64,000 bases of DNA, taken from Smithellaceae bacterium (lineage in GTDB: Bacteria; Desulfobacterota; Syntrophia; Syntrophales; Smithellaceae). The position numbers were made by a program, and so were the translations under genes. Positions within the stretch are counted from its first letter, which is position 1. Every line of letters starts with the position of its first letter. The notes below the pieces were generated by a model. That model was not told the origin of the DNA, searched no databases, and saw nothing but the letters and a program-made list of their open reading frames with translations. The stretch lies in the NCBI GenBank assembly GCA_963667845.2, contig CAXXVL010000002.1, positions 3,008,001 to 3,072,000 of the forward strand, given 5' to 3'. Of the stretch, positions 41,679-52,473 are shown in pieces.

Positions 41679-43070
41679 CTAGTCCGCGCTGCCGCCGGTG
41701 ATATTCAATCGTTTAAGTTTCTCAACCAGGGTGGTGCGGTTCAGGTTGAGAAGCTTTGCTGCGCGGTTCTTGACGCCGCCAGTCATTTTCAGTGCTTCGA
41801 GGAGGAGGTCTTTTTCCAGCCGGTTAATGTGGTCGTTGAAATCAATACCGTCTTTGGAAAATGCAATGCTCCTCCCCAGAACCTCGGCATCTGTAATGTT
41901 GCGGATCTTTGCAGGCAAATCGTCAACGTGGATTTCGCCTTCTTCTTTCATCACCACGAGCATTTCGATCAAATTCTGCAATTCCCGGACATTGCCCGGC
42001 CAGTGATAATTCATTAAATGGTTAACGGCTTCAGCTGAAATACTTTCAACATTTTTCTTTTTGAGCTTGTTGAATGTCGATAAAAAATGATTGGCCAGGA
42101 TCAGAATATCGGAGCCTCGTTCCCGCAATGCGGGCAAATTAATGGGGATGACGTTAATGCGGTAAAAAAGATCTTCACGAAATTGCTTCTCGGCTACCGC
42201 TCTTTCCAGATTCTGATTCGTGGCGGCGATAATGCGCACATCCGCATTAATGGTTTTGACGCCGCCAATGCGCTCAAATTGTTTTTCTTGAATAACTCTC
42301 AGGACCTTGACCTGAAGCGCAGGACTCATGTCCCCGATTTCATCAAGAAAGATGGTGCCGCCCTGGGCAAGCTCAAATCGGCCCATTCGATTGCGAATGG
42401 CGCCGGTGAAAGCGCCTTTCTCATGCCCGAAAAGCTCGCTTTCCAGCAGTTCTTCAGGAATGGCCCCGCAGTTCACCGGGATCATGGGTTGGTTTCTTCG
42501 ATCGCTTTTGAAATGGATCTCGCGGGCGACGAGTTCTTTGCCGGTTCCACTCTCGCCGGCAATCAGAATCGTACTATCGGAATTGGATACCTTGTCGATC
42601 GTATCAAAAACCTTTTTCATGCAGTCGCTGTAACCGATAATTTTATCGAAATTCTGTTTTTCCTTGAGATGTTCTTTTAGGGATGTGTTTTCATCACGGA
42701 GTTTGGCGAAATTCATCGCGCGAACCACTGACAATTTGACAAGATCATCTTTGACGGGTTTGGTAATAAAGTCGAAAGCGCCCATTTTCATGGCGGACAC
42801 CGCTGCATTAACCGTCCCGTGTCCGGTAATCATGATGACGATACTGTCTTTGTTTGTGTCCTTGACGTATTTGAGGAACTCCAGCCCGTCGACGTTGGGC
42901 ATCCGCAGGTCGGTAATGATGATGTCGTATTTATCTTCAAGGAAAGCGTCGATGCCTTCGCGGCCGTCATCGACGGCTTTGACTTCATATCCCTCGTCTC
43001 TCAATATTTCAGTCAGCGTATCTTTATTCAGTTCGTTATCGTCGGCGATGAGGATTTTTCCATTCTTCAT
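41679..43070 (-). CDS. Sigma54-dependent response regulator (REC-AAA+-HTH)
   Basis: REC with ITDLRMP, GESGTGKE, ESELFGHEKGAFTGA, WPGNVREL, Fis-type HTH; divergent from the che operon. Confidence 0.92.
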   Translation of the reverse strand: MKNGKILIADDNELNKDTLTEILRDEGYEVKAVDDGREGIDAFLEDKYDIIITDLRMPNVDGLEFLKYVKDTNKDSIVIMITGHGTVNAAVSAMKMGAFDFITKPVKDDLVKLSVVRAMNFAKLRDENTSLKEHLKEKQNFDKIIGYSDCMKKVFDTIDKVSNSDSTILIAGESGTGKELVAREIHFKSDRRNQPMIPVNCGAIPEELLESELFGHEKGAFTGAIRNRMGRFELAQGGTIFLDEIGDMSPALQVKVLRVIQEKQFERIGGVKTINADVRIIAATNQNLERAVAEKQFREDLFYRINVIPINLPALRERGSDILILANHFLSTFNKLKKKNVESISAEAVNHLMNYHWPGNVRELQNLIEMLVVMKEEGEIHVDDLPAKIRNITDAEVLGRSIAFSKDGIDFNDHINRLEKDLLLEALKMTGGVKNRAAKLLNLNRTTLVEKLKRLNITGGSAD

Positions 43071-43176
43071 ATGAGTTCCTGCAAGAAGAGTAACAAACAA
43101 TCTTTTACGCGGCTGTGACTGCCTTTTTCTATAAAATAAAGGCAAGTAAAATACAACACTAAAATGGCTAAGACCG

Positions 43177-43203
43177 TCAAAAAGCGGTCGTCAGTGCCGA
43201 TAA
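43177..43203 (+). promoter_or_regulatory. Candidate sigma28 promoter facing cheR
   Basis: TCAA-N15-GCCGATAA. Confidence 0.45.
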
Positions 43204-43366
43204 AGGATCGGAGTGTCATAAAATGGACAGAGATTTTAATAAATGCCATATTAATCTTAAGTATTTCATTCTTTTTGCCGACTAAAATGATGAATTATTA
43301 TCAAAAATTCTGGTTTGTTTGAAATTGAACAGATGATATACCCCTAAATCAATGCTTATCGATGAA

Positions 43367-43398
43367 TGGCACTCTTAATGCTTGGCATAAGGATTGCT
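43367..43398 (+). promoter_or_regulatory. Two abutting sigma54 (-24/-12) motifs upstream of cheR
   Basis: TGGCAC-N5-ATGCT (43367-43382) followed by TGGCAT-N5-TTGCT (43383-43398). Confidence 0.7.
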
Positions 43399-43510
43399 AT
43401 TGTTAATCAAAATTGTTGCCGGACTGAAGAATTCCTGATTTCGAAAAGGTAAATAATAGCAAAGCAGTTCTTTTTCAGTTGATTCATAAATTGAAAGAAA
43501 ATACTGATTC

Positions 43511-44344
43511 ATGACCATGAGCACTTTCGAGTTGAAGAACACTGATTTTGAAAAGATCAGCCGTCTTGTCTACGAACAATGCGGCATATATCTGCATGAA
43601 GGCAAAAAGGAACTGGTCAAGGCGCGTCTCAGTAAACGACTTCGGGCGGGTAGCTACAAGTCCTTTTCAGAGTACTATCGCTATGTGACAACTGAAGAAG
43701 GAACCAATGAATTGGTTTCTATGATTGACTCGATATCGACCAATCTGACATCCTTCTTTCGGGAAGAATCGCACTTCGCGACGCTCGGCCACATCATTCT
43801 GCTGGCGATCGAGAAGTCGGCTCACCGGGGATCCAAGAATAATTTCAAAATATGGTCTGCGGGATGTTCAACGGGGGAAGAACCTTATACACTGGCAATT
43901 ACGGTAAAAGAAACCGTTGGCCAGCATTCTTTCGATGTATCGATACTGGCAACGGATATTTCAACGAAGGTATTGAAAATTGCTGAAGCCGGCATTTACG
44001 GGCAGGAGAGAATTAAAAACATAAGTCCGGACATTTTAAAAAAATATTTTCAAGTCGGAACGGGACAATCCGTGGGTTACGTCCGGATTAAAAATGACAT
44101 CAAAAAGATGATCACCTATCAGCGATTCAATCTGATGGACCGATTTCACGCGCAGAATAATTTTGATGTTATCTTTTGTCGCAATGTCATGATCTATTTC
44201 GACAAAAAAACACAGAATACTCTAGTGAATAAATTCTATGATTCTTTAAGAAGCGGCGGCTATTTTTTTGTCGGTCATTCGGAAAGCCTGACCGGGTTGA
44301 AACATCAATTTAATTATGTTGAACCCAGTGTTTATGTGAAATAA
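43511..44344 (+). CDS. cheR: Chemotaxis methyltransferase
   Basis: TNLTSFFRE, WSAGCSTGEEPY, ATDIS, IFCRNVMIYF, GHSE. Confidence 0.95.
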   Translation: MTMSTFELKNTDFEKISRLVYEQCGIYLHEGKKELVKARLSKRLRAGSYKSFSEYYRYVTTEEGTNELVSMIDSISTNLTSFFREESHFATLGHIILLAIEKSAHRGSKNNFKIWSAGCSTGEEPYTLAITVKETVGQHSFDVSILATDISTKVLKIAEAGIYGQERIKNISPDILKKYFQVGTGQSVGYVRIKNDIKKMITYQRFNLMDRFHAQNNFDVIFCRNVMIYFDKKTQNTLVNKFYDSLRSGGYFFVGHSESLTGLKHQFNYVEPSVYVK

Positions 44345-44347
44345 GTT

Positions 44348-44830
44348 ATGAGTGATTTGATCGTCGGAATTTCGGAAATCAAGATCAGCGGCAATTCGAA
44401 TGACATGATCATCACCTATGCGTTGGGGTCGTGTATCGGTATCTCCGTGTACGACCCTGTTGCGAGGGTCGGGGGATTGCTGCATTATATGCTTCCGGAT
44501 TCCATTCTGGATGAAAAGAAGGCGAAAGACAATCCGGCGATGTTCGCAGACACGGGTATTCCGTTGCTGTTTAAGGCTTGTTATAGTTTGGGAGCGGAAA
44601 AGAAGCGGATGATTGTCAAAGCTGCCGGCGGCGCCAGCATCCTTGACGATACCAACTTCTTTCGAATCGGTCAGAAAAATATTATGGCGATGAGAAAAAT
44701 ATTCTGGAAAAATAATATCATGATTGCCGCAGAAGATATAGGTGCGACGCACAACCGTACGGTTCGTCTGGAAATCGCTACGGGCAAAACGTTTGTCCGG
44801 TCCTCTGGAGGTGAAATGAAAGAATTATGA
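44348..44830 (+). CDS. cheD: Chemoreceptor glutamine deamidase
   Basis: LGSCIG, HYMLP, FADTG, GGA, IGQKN, EDIG. Confidence 0.92.
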   Translation: MSDLIVGISEIKISGNSNDMIITYALGSCIGISVYDPVARVGGLLHYMLPDSILDEKKAKDNPAMFADTGIPLLFKACYSLGAEKKRMIVKAAGGASILDDTNFFRIGQKNIMAMRKIFWKNNIMIAAEDIGATHNRTVRLEIATGKTFVRSSGGEMKEL

Positions 44831-45678
44831 AGAACATCGACCGTATCCTGAAATCCATTGACACGATTCCGGCATTTCCCGCAACGGGCAACAAGGTTGC
44901 GCAATTGCTGAGTAAAGAGGACTACTCGGTATTGCAGGTGGCAAACATTATTAAATACGATCCCTCAATCACGGCGAATATCATGAAGATGGCCAATTCA
45001 ATGTATTTGGGTTCCCAGCACAAAATCAGCACGATCAATGATGCCGTTATGTACCTGGGTCGGGAAAATCTTTTGCGTGCCATTCAAACGGCGGGAATTT
45101 CCAAATACTATAAGAAAGGTTATTCGGGATATTTCGATAAGGCTACGGATTTGTGGGAGCATTCTGTTGCCGTCGCTTTGATGTCGCAGATTCTGTCCAA
45201 AATGATTACAGGGGAGGAAAATACAACCCTCTACACAGCTTCACTTCTTCACGATGTAGGAAAAATCATTATGGGCGAATTTGTTCGTGACGAACTGGCT
45301 GAAATTACGCTTATGGTTTCCGAGCGCAGCATGTCATTTCTGGAAGCGGAGGAAACTGTTATAGGCATTAATCATGCCGAACTGGGTGGAAAAATTGCTG
45401 AACATTGGAATTTCCCCGGTGAAATATGCGATGCCATTTCTTTTCATCATCGACCGGATCTTCTCGAAAAGGAAGATAAGATCATGCCTTGGATTGTTTA
45501 TATGGCGGACGAGGCCTGTTTGATGATGGGGATCGGCAGTTCAGTAGAAGGACTGGCTCAACGAGCAGTGGGCGCTTTGCTTAAGAAATTCAATTTAAGA
45601 ATGAGAGACCTGGAAAAAAGCATGGTGATGCTGTCGGATGATTTTAACAGCGCCCGAGATTTCACCAAAATCATATAG
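44827..45678 (+). CDS. HDOD domain protein
   Basis: IPAFP, DPSITANIMKMANS, LWEHS, LLHDVGK, HAELG..WNFP. Confidence 0.9.
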   Translation: MKNIDRILKSIDTIPAFPATGNKVAQLLSKEDYSVLQVANIIKYDPSITANIMKMANSMYLGSQHKISTINDAVMYLGRENLLRAIQTAGISKYYKKGYSGYFDKATDLWEHSVAVALMSQILSKMITGEENTTLYTASLLHDVGKIIMGEFVRDELAEITLMVSERSMSFLEAEETVIGINHAELGGKIAEHWNFPGEICDAISFHHRPDLLEKEDKIMPWIVYMADEACLMMGIGSSVEGLAQRAVGALLKKFNLRMRDLEKSMVMLSDDFNSARDFTKII

Positions 45679-45701
45679 AAGCAACAAGGAAGGGTAAGCC
45701 T

Positions 45702-46133
45702 ATGTCATTCAACGTGTTGATTGTGGATGATTCCAGTTCCATACGGGCGGTCGTTAAAAAGATCGTCGTGCTGTCCGGCTTCCAGATGGATAAATGTTTT
45801 GAAGCGAACGATGGAAGACAGGCGATGGAATTGCTCGCCGATAACTGGGTGGATGTGATCATTTCGGATATTAACATGCCGGAAATCAATGGTCTGGAAT
45901 TACTGGACCTCCTTGCAGAAAACGCAACATTGAAGGAAATTCCCGTCATCATGGTTACAACGGAGGGTTCCGACCTGCGCATGAAGGAAGCTTTTGCACG
46001 CGGAGCGAAGGGTTTTATCAAGAAGCCATTCCTGCCGGAAGAAATAAAGAAAGTACTTTACGAAGTCATAGGAGTCGGACATGATGGTCAATACGAAGAA
46101 AATCCAAGAAATGCTGATGAACTCGATTTTTGA
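45702..46133 (+). CDS. cheY: CheY-like single-domain response regulator
   Basis: VDDS, SDINMP, VTTEG, KKPF; acidic C-terminal tail. Confidence 0.85.
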   Translation: MSFNVLIVDDSSSIRAVVKKIVVLSGFQMDKCFEANDGRQAMELLADNWVDVIISDINMPEINGLELLDLLAENATLKEIPVIMVTTEGSDLRMKEAFARGAKGFIKKPFLPEEIKKVLYEVIGVGHDGQYEENPRNADELDF

Positions 46134-46536
46134 TGTATTTGAAAAAATGTTTTTCGTCTTCCTTGAGCCTTATGACGAAGACATTCAGTATGACCTGATG
46201 ACATCAATTCAGTTCAGCGGTCCCATGAAGGGAGAAATTAGAACGTATCTCTCCAGAGGCATAGCCAGTCTCATGGTGCAAAACATGCTGGGTCTGGAGC
46301 CCAAAGAGGTAACGGATAACAAGATGGAAGATTGTGCCAAGGAAGCACTGAATATGATTGCGGGCAATTTTCTCAATAAACTGGAACCCAAAGAAGTGTT
46401 CGATTTATCGATTCCGGCTTATGTGAAAAAGTCGGACAGACTTTCAGAGGATTCTCATGCGGCTCTGAGCCTGATGTTTGATTCAGACAACCGGTATCTT
46501 GGTATCGTCCTGAATCTTGAGCCTGAGAAAAGGTAA
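46081..46536 (+). CDS. cheX: CheX-like chemotaxis phosphatase
   Basis: FSGPMKG, EALNMIAGN (ExxN), LSIP; overlaps cheY by 53 nt. Confidence 0.7.
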   Translation: MMVNTKKIQEMLMNSIFDVFEKMFFVFLEPYDEDIQYDLMTSIQFSGPMKGEIRTYLSRGIASLMVQNMLGLEPKEVTDNKMEDCAKEALNMIAGNFLNKLEPKEVFDLSIPAYVKKSDRLSEDSHAALSLMFDSDNRYLGIVLNLEPEKR

Positions 46537-47622
<1,086 letters not shown>

Positions 47623-47624
47623 TT

Positions 47625-49832
47625 ATGAACGATGAAAATTTAATAAGACTTTTGAATGCATTGGCCGAGGAATACCTTTTTATGGACACGAAAGACCTGG
47701 ATATTCCGACGGCGGGTAAGTTCCTTGATCAACTCGAACAGATTATGGATGAAGCGGAAAGATTGAAAGTCAATCCCGTAAGGAATTGCGCATCCGGTAT
47801 GAGTCAAATCCTGGAAAAAACCATTCTTGATGGGATTGAAGATAAAACCGGCGCAGCCAATGTGTTTGAAAGTGGCATCCATCTGCTGCAGGAAATAGCC
47901 GACAGCTTTCACGATACCGGCCAGTACAACGGAAGTATCCACGAATTTCTCGAACGGGCGAGGGCAGTAGCCGGTGTGGCTGATTCCTCCGGCTTACCCG
48001 ACGGTCAATCTGAGCCGAAAGCGGCAGAGATTCAGGAAACAAAATGCGAAGGTACGTCGTCAATTCAGATTCAGGACGAATCCCTGACCCGCGATTTTAT
48101 CGCCGAAGCCCTGGAATATATCGAAGAGATTGAAATAAATATCCTGAACCTGGAAAACGAACCGGAAAATAAAGATTATATCAATGCCGTATTTCGTCCT
48201 TTTCATTCCATTAAAGGGGTTGCCAGCTTTTTGAATCTGGAAGAAATCAGATCTCTGGCTCATAATCTGGAAAGTCTGCTGGACAGGACCCGCAATGGTG
48301 AAATTTCCGTGACACCGGCGCTCATCGACGTCGTACTCGACGGCGCTGACGCGCTCAAGACGTTAATAGGCCAGCTCCGTGACGCTCTGGAAGGGAAGGC
48401 CATTGCATATGCGGATTTGGATATCCCGGCCCTTACGGCGAGGATCCATAAAATTGAACAGGGTTTTGACACTGAAATCGGCGGGAAGAAGATTGGAGAA
48501 ATCCTTGTCGACGAGGGACTCATTTCCAAAGAAAAGCTCGAGCAGACGCTGAAAACAAAATCGACGTCACCGGATAAAAAACTCGGGCAGACGTTGATTG
48601 AAGAAGGTGTGGTAAAACCGAAACAGATTTCCCAGGCGTTGCGCAAACAGGTCGACCAGGTGACGGACTTGACAGCAATCCGTGTGGACACCGTTAAACT
48701 GGATGATCTGATTGATATGGTCGGCGAACTGGTGATAACACAATCCATGATTTCGCAGGATCTGAAGAATCAGGCCAATGCCGATAAAGATTTAATTCGC
48801 GACATTTCGCAGTTCTTCAGGATCACCTCAGCTCTGCAGCGTGTATCCACCAGTTTAAGAATGATACCCATCAGGCAGACGTTTCAGCGCATGTCGCGGC
48901 TGGTTCGAGATCTGGCCAAGAACGCCGGCAAATTGGTTTCCGTGGAACTGGTTGGTGAGGATACCGAAATCGATCGCAACATGGTTGATGAAATATATAA
49001 TCCACTCGTGCACATGATCCGCAATTCGGTTGACCACGGTCTGGAAACTCCGGAGGAAAGAATCATAGCGGGTAAATCCGAAAAAGGCCTGATTACGTTA
49101 AAAGCTTATCATCGCGGCGGCAATATCGTAATTGAGATCACTGATGATGGAAAAGGGCTGGACAAGCAGAAAATCGTCAACAAAGGGGTCAAGACGGGAT
49201 TGGTTTCGGCAGATGAAGACCTCAATGATCAGGAGGTTTATAAACTGATTTTTATGCCGGGACTTTCAACGGCGGCTAAAGTAACTGATGTGTCCGGCCG
49301 CGGGGTCGGGATGGACGTTGTCAAACGCGCCGTGGAAAAACTGCGCGGAAAAATTGAAATCGAGAGTTCGGTCGGAGTGGGGACGACATTTATTACGCGT
49401 TTTCCCCTGACGTTGGCGATTATTGACGGCATGATTGTCAAAGTCGGATCGGAAAGCTACATCCTGCCCACGACCTCGATCCGTCAGGCGCTGCGACCCA
49501 CTAGGGAAAGTTATAGCAGCGTGGCGGGCAAGGGAGAAATGATCAACGCCATGGGACAATTAATGCCCTTGATCCGCATGTATGATTTGTTTGATATCGA
49601 ACCGGAACATAAAGAGCCCTGGGAGGCCATCATTGTTGTTGTTGACAGCGAGAGCGGTTCACGGTGTTTAATGGTCGATAAAATTATCGGGAAGACGGAA
49701 GTTGTGGTCAAGAGCCTTGGCGAAGGCTTGAAAAACGTCAAGGGATTAGCCGGCGGCGCGATTCTCGGCAATGGCCGCATCGGCTTGATCATCGATACCG
49801 AGGGGTTGTTCGAATTAGCCGATGGACGCTAA
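47625..49832 (+). CDS. cheA: Chemotaxis histidine kinase
   Basis: Hpt FRPFHSIKG, HMIRNSVDHG, DDGKG, SGRGVGMDVV, CheW-like P5; tandem MshEN-like motifs in the linker. Confidence 0.95.
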   Translation: MNDENLIRLLNALAEEYLFMDTKDLDIPTAGKFLDQLEQIMDEAERLKVNPVRNCASGMSQILEKTILDGIEDKTGAANVFESGIHLLQEIADSFHDTGQYNGSIHEFLERARAVAGVADSSGLPDGQSEPKAAEIQETKCEGTSSIQIQDESLTRDFIAEALEYIEEIEINILNLENEPENKDYINAVFRPFHSIKGVASFLNLEEIRSLAHNLESLLDRTRNGEISVTPALIDVVLDGADALKTLIGQLRDALEGKAIAYADLDIPALTARIHKIEQGFDTEIGGKKIGEILVDEGLISKEKLEQTLKTKSTSPDKKLGQTLIEEGVVKPKQISQALRKQVDQVTDLTAIRVDTVKLDDLIDMVGELVITQSMISQDLKNQANADKDLIRDISQFFRITSALQRVSTSLRMIPIRQTFQRMSRLVRDLAKNAGKLVSVELVGEDTEIDRNMVDEIYNPLVHMIRNSVDHGLETPEERIIAGKSEKGLITLKAYHRGGNIVIEITDDGKGLDKQKIVNKGVKTGLVSADEDLNDQEVYKLIFMPGLSTAAKVTDVSGRGVGMDVVKRAVEKLRGKIEIESSVGVGTTFITRFPLTLAIIDGMIVKVGSESYILPTTSIRQALRPTRESYSSVAGKGEMINAMGQLMPLIRMYDLFDIEPEHKEPWEAIIVVVDSESGSRCLMVDKIIGKTEVVVKSLGEGLKNVKGLAGGAILGNGRIGLIIDTEGLFELADGR

Positions 49833-49949
49833 TTGCAAATGATGTCAGTCAGAAATCAAATTAGGTGAGCGAGTTATTGACGGAAGGAATATCAAGGTTC
49901 GCAAGTCAGCCTGATACAAATTCTGTTTCGCTGGTTGCGGTGTCAAGCA

Positions 49950-50170
49950 ACAGCAAGAATTCTTGATCAGTGCAGCGGACAACATCGTGATGTGCTATGG
50001 ATCGGTTCCGAATTCTTCCAAGCAATGCGTTCGACTCGCGCCCAATTTGTTAATGGTTACCTGGCCGGTGACTTGATTGCCTTAATAAGGGACGAGTGCT
50101 GCCTTGACGACACTACGATACTGAAAATCTTCGCTTGTGATCGATTCCTTCTTTTGCCACCCAATTTATA
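49950..50170 (+). pseudogene. Possible decayed motA/pomA fragment
   Basis: IGSEFFQAM...GDLIALIRDECCLDD resembles the recalled MotA consensus G..iF..mg..APafGmiGTLIGLIqML.nLDD. Confidence 0.45.
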
Positions 50171-50194
50171 TAACGATAGTAAAGCACCTGTAAA

Positions 50195-50400
50195 ATTTAC
50201 ACCCATCACACTGCCGTTACTTGCAGCGAGAATTCTTCCGGTGGCTCCTTGATCTTGCCATGCTGAAGACTTGAGACATCCCCGCAAAACTCTGTAAGAA
50301 TGCCCTGCCCAGGTTAGGCGTTGGCGAGGGTGTTGAAGCTGAGCGCCGGCGCAGAGGCTTCTATATGATGCGATTACAGGCCGGCTCCGAATCGACGAGC
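50195..50400 (+). pseudogene. Possible decayed flhB C-terminus fused to an flhA fragment
   Basis: EN/LPVA...DIPAKLCK (FlhB ENxPLA...IPxxLYxA) then NALP...EAERRRRGFYMM (FlhA DAMPG...EAxxRR...FYGAM); located where flhB-flhA precede flhG. Confidence 0.4.
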
Positions 50401-50645
50401 GAATCCTTCATCTCTAATAAATCGTCAATAATTTGACAAAATAGTTGGCTATTTGACGGGAAAGCACCTATACAGAACGTCAGATTTCCAAAATATTCAA
50501 TATCTTTATGTGCGAATGCGCTAAAATGTTTCTGGTATGTAAATTGCTTCAATCGATACGAAATGTGTTTTCCTGTCGAGACGAATCATGACGCCATTTG
50601 CAGATTATAGATCAGATGTCCAAGCCGCCCCAAACAAGGAATGAT

Positions 50646-51554
50646 ATGATTGCGGATCAGGCTGCAACATTACGGGAAATCAAAAAGAGAAGTAACCCTC
50701 ACGCAGGCGTTCGAAGCAAGTCGGACGTGGTCATAGTGCCCCGTCACGATGTCCGAGTCATCTCGGTGACGAGTGGTAAAGGCGGTGTAGGGAGAACCAA
50801 TATTGCTGCGAATCTCGCCTATTTGATTGCTGCTCAAAAGAAGAAGACTCTGGTACTGGATGCGGATGTCGGACTGGCCAATATCGATGTCATTTTGGGA
50901 ATCAATCCCCGTTATAATCTCTCACATGTTTTGAAGGGCGAAAGAACCCTGAGCGAGATTCTTGTCCAGGGGCCCGGCGGAATAAAGATTCTGCCGTCAG
51001 CATCCGGCATTCCCGAAATGACAGAGCTCTCGCGAGGACAGAAACTGACGCTGATTGATGAATTCAACACTCTTAGTGATTCAGTTGATATTATGATGAT
51101 CGACACGGGTGCCGGGATTTCTTCCAACGTAATGTATTTTAATATGGCTGCGAAAGAAATTATCGTGGTCACTACTCCGGAACCGACCGCAATGACCAAC
51201 GCTTACGCGCTGATCAAGGTGCTTTATCAGCGACATGCCAAGAGACGGTTCCGTTTGATCGTCAATATGGTCCGCGATGCCAGCGAGGCTAAAGACATTT
51301 ACGCCAGACTCAGCAACGCCACTGATCATTTTTTGAACTTAACTATTGAATATTTAGGCTATATCGTATTAGACGAAAAAGTTAAAGAGGCCGTCAGGCA
51401 GCAAACAGCCGTTGCGGAACTGTATCCGCAATGTCCGGCTGTTCGCTGCCTCGCAAAAATTGCGAAGAAAATTTCCACGGAGACTATGGAAGAATATGAA
51501 AACGGCAGCATTAAGTTCTTTTGGGAAAACATCATCGATAAACGACACGTCTAG
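50646..51554 (+). CDS. flhG: FlhG/FleN MinD-like ATPase
   Basis: N-terminal DQAATLR, SGKGGVGRT, DADVGLANID, DTGAG, PEPT; upstream of fliA. Confidence 0.9.
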   Translation: MIADQAATLREIKKRSNPHAGVRSKSDVVIVPRHDVRVISVTSGKGGVGRTNIAANLAYLIAAQKKKTLVLDADVGLANIDVILGINPRYNLSHVLKGERTLSEILVQGPGGIKILPSASGIPEMTELSRGQKLTLIDEFNTLSDSVDIMMIDTGAGISSNVMYFNMAAKEIIVVTTPEPTAMTNAYALIKVLYQRHAKRRFRLIVNMVRDASEAKDIYARLSNATDHFLNLTIEYLGYIVLDEKVKEAVRQQTAVAELYPQCPAVRCLAKIAKKISTETMEEYENGSIKFFWENIIDKRHV

Positions 51555-52257
51555 GCTGAACCGCGATAAGCTCATCATGCAATACGCTCCGCTGGTGAAA
51601 AACATCGTGGGCCGCTTGGCATCGAAACTGCCAATTGATGCAGCCGATAAAGAAGATTTGGTAAATGTCGGAATCATGGGCTTAATGTCTGCGTTGGAGA
51701 AATATGATAAAACAAGAAATGTTCAATTCGAAACATATGCGAGCTTCAGAATCCGGGGTGCCGTACTCGATGAGTTGCGGGCGAAAGACTGGGTTCCCCG
51801 CGCAACAAGGAGCAAGGATAATAGAATTGAGGGCGCCATGAACACGCTTAGTAAAAACCTGGGGCGGGCGCCGAACGAAGCAGAGATTGCTGCACACTTA
51901 GGAATACCGCTTGATGAATATTTCAAAATGCTTGATGAAGCCCGATGCGTGTCACTGATTTCGACCGAAGATTTACCGCCGGACTATCTCGAAAAATATA
52001 GTCGGGAAGACGTTATGGATGAGGTTAGCGAAGGCAATTCACTGCGGATGCTGGTGGATATGGAATTCAAAGACAAGCTCAAGAAGGCGATAGATCAGTT
52101 GCCGCCGAAAGAAAAGCTTGTGTTATCCCTCTATTATTACGAGGAATTGACCATGAAGGAAGCCGGACGTGTGATGGATTTAACGGAATCGCGTGTCTGT
52201 CAGCTTCACGCGCAGGCCGTCTTACGCCTGCGGGGTATGGTTAAATTTGCCAGATAG
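51496..52257 (+). CDS. fliA: RNA polymerase sigma28 factor
   Basis: FETYASFRIRGAVLDELR, DWVPR, LYYYEELTMKE, TESRVCQLH; start uncertain. Confidence 0.93.
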   Translation: MKTAALSSFGKTSSINDTSRLNRDKLIMQYAPLVKNIVGRLASKLPIDAADKEDLVNVGIMGLMSALEKYDKTRNVQFETYASFRIRGAVLDELRAKDWVPRATRSKDNRIEGAMNTLSKNLGRAPNEAEIAAHLGIPLDEYFKMLDEARCVSLISTEDLPPDYLEKYSREDVMDEVSEGNSLRMLVDMEFKDKLKKAIDQLPPKEKLVLSLYYYEELTMKEAGRVMDLTESRVCQLHAQAVLRLRGMVKFAR

Positions 52258-52473
52258 GTAAATACGGGTGTATTCAAGTGAAATTAGCGAAATTGGAGAT
52301 ATGGGATAGCATCCCGATCATAGATTTGATTCCGGCTGAGCACGAATTTGACCGAATCATCCATGCACTGGAAAAGGTAATGGGTGACGGGGCGTAAAGA
52401 ATGTTTATTCCCCCGAATTATTTTATTATGTAAATAGCGGTGATTGGTCGCGCCAGCAGACACGGAGGTGAGG

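Noticed and set aside
49935..50252. 105-aa ORF as a functional gene
   Set aside because: TTG start without RBS and only patchy MotA-like residues; treated as a remnant
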